NCBI GenBank assembly: GCA_018971685.1
Contig: JAGXAG010000003.1
Coordinates: 24,366-88,365 of the forward strand
Source of the DNA: Patescibacteria group bacterium
Lineage (GTDB): Bacteria > Patescibacteriota > Minisyncoccia > Phycocordibacterales > PALSA-1337
Length of the DNA stretch: 64,000 bases
Reading direction: 5' to 3'
Position 1 is the stretch's first letter. The number at the start of each line of letters is the position of its first letter. Shown here piece by piece: positions 60,378 through 64,000 of this stretch. A program made the translations under genes and the position numbers. The notes beneath the pieces are model-generated. The model was not told the DNA's origin and did no database searches. It worked only from the letters and a program-made list of their open reading frames with translations.

Positions 60378-60470
60378 ATGAACGAAGAAGTGTCAGATCA
60401 AGAATATTTCGACAACAAATATAAGATTATCTTTACGCCTGAGGATGACCAAGCAGACAACGGACTCTAA
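60378..60470 (+). CDS. candidate 30-aa acidic small ORF with unusually strong SD-like sequence
   Basis: GGCGGAGGAG..GAAAGGAAAACC precedes ATG. Peptide MNEEVSDQEYFDNKYKIIFTPEDDQADNGL. It is followed by a GC-rich stem and ATTTTC. Confidence 0.25.
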   Translation: MNEEVSDQEYFDNKYKIIFTPEDDQADNGL

Positions 60471-60578
60471 GTCCCACAGCCGCCTGCTCTCCCGCCGCAA
60501 TTTGCGAGCGTGAGAGCGCGGCATTTTCATTGTGCGATAATACAGATTGAGGTGGGGCGCGCTAATTTTTATAAAAAT

Positions 60579-60604
60579 CAGGCATCCTTGGATTTGGATG
60601 CCTG
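60579..60604 (-). terminator. hairpin CAGGCATCC-(8 nt)-GGATGCCTG flanked by a palindromic AT-run, likely terminator for minus-strand ORF 60625..60834
   Basis: 9-bp perfect stem. On the minus strand it is followed by ATTTTTATAAAAATTAG. Confidence 0.45.
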
Positions 60605-60624
60605 CGAGAAACCGGCTGGACGGA

Positions 60625-60834
60625 TCACAGATTGAGTTTGAGTTGTTTTTCCGACTCTTGGAATGACGATTGTTGCGAGTATGGGTCAAATGAGTCGAGG
60701 ATCAATTCAAGGGCCTTCAAAGTACCCTTGACAGTCGACTCATTTTCCCTGTCCCTTTCGTGTTCATTCGATTGTCCGAACGGTCCGCCATTTTTGAAAG
60801 GAGATGGCGGTGTCTCCATTATGTGTTTGTTCAT
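60625..60834 (-). CDS. hypothetical small hydrophilic protein
   Basis: ORF with an AGAGG 6 nt upstream of ATG 60834 (MNKHIMETPPSPFKNGGPF...) and a downstream terminator hairpin. The track start is TTG 60876. Confidence 0.35.
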   Translation of the reverse strand: MNKHIMETPPSPFKNGGPFGQSNEHERDRENESTVKGTLKALELILDSFDPYSQQSSFQESEKQLKLNL

Positions 60835-60888
60835 AATATGCCTCTGACTTAACATTAGCATTTTATTCTTTGGCAAGCTATAGTTTCC

Positions 60889-60907
60889 ACACAGGTCGGA
60901 CCTGTGT
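60889..60907. repeat. GGTCGGACC-core hairpin motif copy (ACACAGGT-CGG-ACCTGTGT)
   Basis: Read directly, 9 nt upstream of the uvrB ATG. Confidence 0.5.
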
Positions 60908-60915
60908 ATTAATAA

Positions 60916-63042
60916 ATGAAATCACCGTTCAAAATCGCCACTATCCTAAAGCCTGCAGGCGACCAGCCGAAAGCTATTTCAGCGTTGAATGAAGGGCTGG
61001 CGAAAAAGCTGGGCCGTCAAACACTTTTGGGCGTAACGGGATCGGGAAAAACATTCACTATGGCGAATGTTATCGCTGATTACGGCAAGCCGGCCTTGGT
61101 CATCGCGCACAACAAGACCCTGGCGGCGCAGTTGGCGCAGGAATACCGTGAATTTTTTCCCGATAATGCGGTGCATTATTTCGTATCGTATTACGATTAC
61201 TATCAGCCCGAAGCATACATACCTTCGTCGGATACATACATCGAAAAAGAGGCGATGATCAATGAAGAAATAGAACGGTTAAGGCACGCTTCGACGCAGG
61301 CTCTTCTTACCCGCAAAGATGTGATTATTGTGGCGTCCGTTTCGTGCATCTACGGTTTGGGCAGTCCCGAAGAATATGAAAAGGTCAATTTGAAGCTGTC
61401 AGTCGGCACTGAATTGTCGCGCGCCGAACTTGTTCGAAAATTGATAAATATTCACTTCGAGCGCACCAACGCGGACTTGAATTCTGGTCAATTCAGGGCT
61501 GTCGGTAATACCGTCGAAATCATGCCCGTAAATGACAGAACGATTTACAGAATTTCCTATAACCACGCGTCCGCGACGACCACCCCGACCGTCGCAGCGG
61601 GGCCGCATGTTTCCCGACATGAGCGAGGAATGATAGACGGCGGTGGCAACCACATAAGTGAAATCATGGAACTCGATCCCGTATCGAGGTCAGTCCGCGG
61701 CAATCACGAGACGGTATTTATTTTTCCCGCCAAGCATTTCATTTCCAACGAAGATCAAAACAAACGAGCATTCGAGACCATCAAAGCGGAATTGGCGGAC
61801 AGGCTTAAAATCCTGGAAAAGAAAGGCAAACTTTTGGAGGCGGAACGGTTGAGAAGGCGTGTGAAATACGATTTGTCAATGATACGCGAGATCGGCTATA
61901 CGAACGGGATCGAAAATTATTCGCGCCACTTCAGTGGCAAGATGTCTGGGGAGCCGCCGTACACCTTGCTGTCATATTTTCCCCATGACAAGAACGGTGA
62001 ACCAAACTTTCTGACCATTGTGGACGAGTCGCATGTAACTGTACCGCAATTGAACGGCATGTACGCCGGCGATGCCAGCCGCAAAGAGACATTGGTAGAA
62101 CACGGATTTAGACTGCCGTCAGCTAAAGACAACCGGCCACTCAAATTCAATGAGTTCCTAGAAAGAGTGGGGCCTATGATATTCACTTCGGCGACGCCGG
62201 GGGATTATGAGCGTAAGGAATCGCAACAAATAATTGAACAGGTTATCCGTCCTACGGGATTGGTGGATCCTGAAGTGAATATTAGGCCTATAAAGGAGAA
62301 GGGAAAATACAAAGGCCAGATATTCGACTTCATAGACGAAGCAGAGAAGACCATAAAGAAAGGTGACAGGGTATTGGCGACAACGCTGACGAAGAAGATG
62401 GCAGAAGACCTGGCTGAATTCTTAAAGGAAAAGAAAATAAAGGCGGCGTACCTCCATAGCGACATTAAGACGATAGAGCGTATCAACATCCTTACGGACT
62501 TCAGGAAGGGCAAGCACGACATTCTGGTGGGCGTGAATCTCTTGCGCGAAGGCCTGGACCTGCCGGAAGTGTCGCTCATAGGTATATTGGACGCCGACAA
62601 GGAGGGCTTCCTGCGCTCGGAGACAAGCTTGATTCAGACCATCGGCCGTGCGGCCCGCAATGCCGCCGGTCGAGTCATTCTATACGCCGACAATATGACC
62701 GGTTCCATGGAGGCGGCCATAGGCGAAACCAATCGCCGCCGAGCCATCCAAACGGCCTACAACACGGAACACGGCATCACGCCCAAGACTATACACAAGA
62801 AGATTCATGACATCACCGACCAGCTCCGCACTGAGCACGACAAGACTGTAGGTGAGATGATGCGCATAGACGAGGAGCTATTTCGTACCGATCCAAAGAA
62901 GCTCATCCGCATGAAGGAGGAGCAGATGGCCGAGGCTGTCAAGGGGTTAGATTTCGAAACGGCGGCACTCGTCAGAGATGAATTGTTCAAGCTACAGGAG
63001 AAGATGATGATTGGTAAAAATAAGAAAGCAAAGTCTGTATGA
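60916..63042 (+). CDS. uvrB: excinuclease ABC subunit B
   Basis: GVTGSGKTFTMANVI Walker A, helicase motifs, YLHSDIKTIERI, DILVGVNLLREGLDLPEVSLI and a C-terminal UVR domain (ALVRDELFKLQEKM). It contains a roughly 30-aa GC-rich insertion. Confidence 0.9.
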   Translation: MKSPFKIATILKPAGDQPKAISALNEGLAKKLGRQTLLGVTGSGKTFTMANVIADYGKPALVIAHNKTLAAQLAQEYREFFPDNAVHYFVSYYDYYQPEAYIPSSDTYIEKEAMINEEIERLRHASTQALLTRKDVIIVASVSCIYGLGSPEEYEKVNLKLSVGTELSRAELVRKLINIHFERTNADLNSGQFRAVGNTVEIMPVNDRTIYRISYNHASATTTPTVAAGPHVSRHERGMIDGGGNHISEIMELDPVSRSVRGNHETVFIFPAKHFISNEDQNKRAFETIKAELADRLKILEKKGKLLEAERLRRRVKYDLSMIREIGYTNGIENYSRHFSGKMSGEPPYTLLSYFPHDKNGEPNFLTIVDESHVTVPQLNGMYAGDASRKETLVEHGFRLPSAKDNRPLKFNEFLERVGPMIFTSATPGDYERKESQQIIEQVIRPTGLVDPEVNIRPIKEKGKYKGQIFDFIDEAEKTIKKGDRVLATTLTKKMAEDLAEFLKEKKIKAAYLHSDIKTIERINILTDFRKGKHDILVGVNLLREGLDLPEVSLIGILDADKEGFLRSETSLIQTIGRAARNAAGRVILYADNMTGSMEAAIGETNRRRAIQTAYNTEHGITPKTIHKKIHDITDQLRTEHDKTVGEMMRIDEELFRTDPKKLIRMKEEQMAEAVKGLDFETAALVRDELFKLQEKMMIGKNKKAKSV

Positions 63043-63129
63043 ATAAAGATACACTTTGGTATTAGAGGTGATACCGTCATCCACAGCCGTAGGCGTGCTT
63101 GGCGGGCGTATTCGAGGTAGAATAGGAGC

Positions 63130-63951
63130 ATGGCGAATGATATAAAAAGCCGCAAAATTGCCGACGCGCAGAATACGGCACAGAAAATACTAATAATAAC
63201 GGGCGATGGGGCATTCGGCGAGCGATTACAGAGGACACTCTATGACGGCGGGTACTCTATAACACTGGTCAAGAACGGTGCTGATGCGCTTAAGGTCATC
63301 ATAGACACGATGCCCCATCTTGTGCTCTTGGATATCGTGGTTCCTGGTACAGACGGTTACGGCATACTGGCCGAGAAACAAGCTGAACCAATGCTTGCCA
63401 AGATTCCTGTTTTCTTGATGTCGGCTCAAGGTATGCCTATCAACATCGCGCGTTTGCCACATAACAGCGTCACTGAGTTTATTGTGGCAATACATGCCGA
63501 TCCCAATGATATTATGAAGCGCATAGATCGTTATTTCGGTCGCGACCGCAGACAGGCCAAAGATCTTCCTAAGATGATTACAAACGGCAAAAAAATATTA
63601 TGGGTTGAAGATGATAGGCTTATAGGCAACATTTTAGGCAAAAAATTCATATCTTCCGGTTTTGATCTGGTACACACCAAAAATGGCGATGAAACCATGG
63701 AAGAATTGGAAAAATTTACACCGGATGCTCTTGTTGTAGATTTGTTATTACCCGGGATGAGCGGCTTTGAGATCTTACAGAAAGTCAAAATGGATGAATC
63801 GCTGAAAAAGATCCCGGTGATGGTACTCTCTAATCTTTCCAAACCTTCCGACATCGAAAAGGCGCGCGTTCTGGGCGCCCAAAAATTCCTGGTTAAAGCC
63901 GCCGTTTCGCTCGACCAGATCGTAAGCGAAGTCATGAGCATGTGCAAATAA
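63130..63951 (+). CDS. response regulator with two tandem receiver (REC) domains and no output domain
   Basis: REC1 KILIITGDG..LVLLDIVVPGTDG and REC2 KILWVEDD..LVVDLLLPGMSGFE..VMVLSNL. CheY-like. Confidence 0.7.
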   Translation: MANDIKSRKIADAQNTAQKILIITGDGAFGERLQRTLYDGGYSITLVKNGADALKVIIDTMPHLVLLDIVVPGTDGYGILAEKQAEPMLAKIPVFLMSAQGMPINIARLPHNSVTEFIVAIHADPNDIMKRIDRYFGRDRRQAKDLPKMITNGKKILWVEDDRLIGNILGKKFISSGFDLVHTKNGDETMEELEKFTPDALVVDLLLPGMSGFEILQKVKMDESLKKIPVMVLSNLSKPSDIEKARVLGAQKFLVKAAVSLDQIVSEVMSMCK

Positions 63952-64000
63952 ACACTTCGTGCGCTAATATAATGACACGATCATGGTCATCGCCATCGCC

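Noticed and set aside
61540-61640. Possible intein in uvrB
   Set aside because: The insertion is only about 30 aa and lacks the Cys/Ser-initiated Hint block and the C-terminal HN motif. It is interpreted as a loop insertion.

Overview
The window is a 64-kb, gene-dense chromosomal segment of a small-genome bacterium. Starts are frequently TTG/GTG or ATG with no Shine-Dalgarno sequence, proteins are short, and several paralogs are eukaryote/organelle-like. I infer a Patescibacteria/CPR-like organism; this is not proven. No rRNA, CRISPR array, transposase or integrase was found.

Supported content, in order along the window:
- Housekeeping start: tRNA-Thr(TGT), a DUF1653 protein, a mitochondrial-type monomeric PheRS, gyrB, rpoD, a UvrD-like helicase fused to a 4-Cys PD-(D/E)XK nuclease, and a minus-strand dsbA-like / exonuclease / hisS operon.
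- Type IV pilus locus (11.6-16.5 kb): pilB/gspE-like ATPase, pilC, a large pilin-like LVIVD-repeat protein, two minor pilin-like ORFs and a major pilin. The same upstream DNA element precedes both pilB and the major pilin.
- Mannoside cluster (minus strand): D-Ala-D-Ala carboxypeptidase, then a eukaryotic-type phosphomannomutase, a tandem double-GH130 protein and a membrane-anchored GH130.
- Miscellaneous (22.0-27.9 kb): aspS, GAF, SHOCT, nrnA, cyclophilin and a standalone Cas4-like nuclease.
- Division and housekeeping row: HK/RR two-component system, ftsZ, ftsA, ybeY and rpsU, followed by lepB, a catalytically degenerate HisRS paralog, pth, rpsA, an MBL hydrolase, gyrA, a methyltransferase and an orphan solute-binding protein.
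- Six tandem small two-TM secreted paralogs with VirB2/TrbC-pilin-like architecture (43.2-45.7 kb), then an SPFH protein, two Gly/Tyr-rich secreted proteins and a Pro-rich bitopic protein.
- dcw fragment mraZ-rsmH-ftsL-ftsI-murF, then tRNA-Glu(TTC); rpiB, rpe and a split transketolase with a small AT-rich ORF between the halves; uvrB and a tandem-REC response regulator.

The most interesting signals:
- The tandem VirB2/TrbC-like paralog array with no other T4SS genes in view.
- The pilus locus with its LVIVD-repeat candidate tip adhesin and shared upstream element.
- A short hairpin with an invariant GGTCGGACC core and compensatory stem changes, recurring between same-strand genes.
- The organelle-type PheRS and the HisRS-like paralog.
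- The GH130/PMM mannoside cluster.
- Two roughly 1-kb structured non-coding stretches (47.3-48.0 kb and 59.8-60.9 kb).
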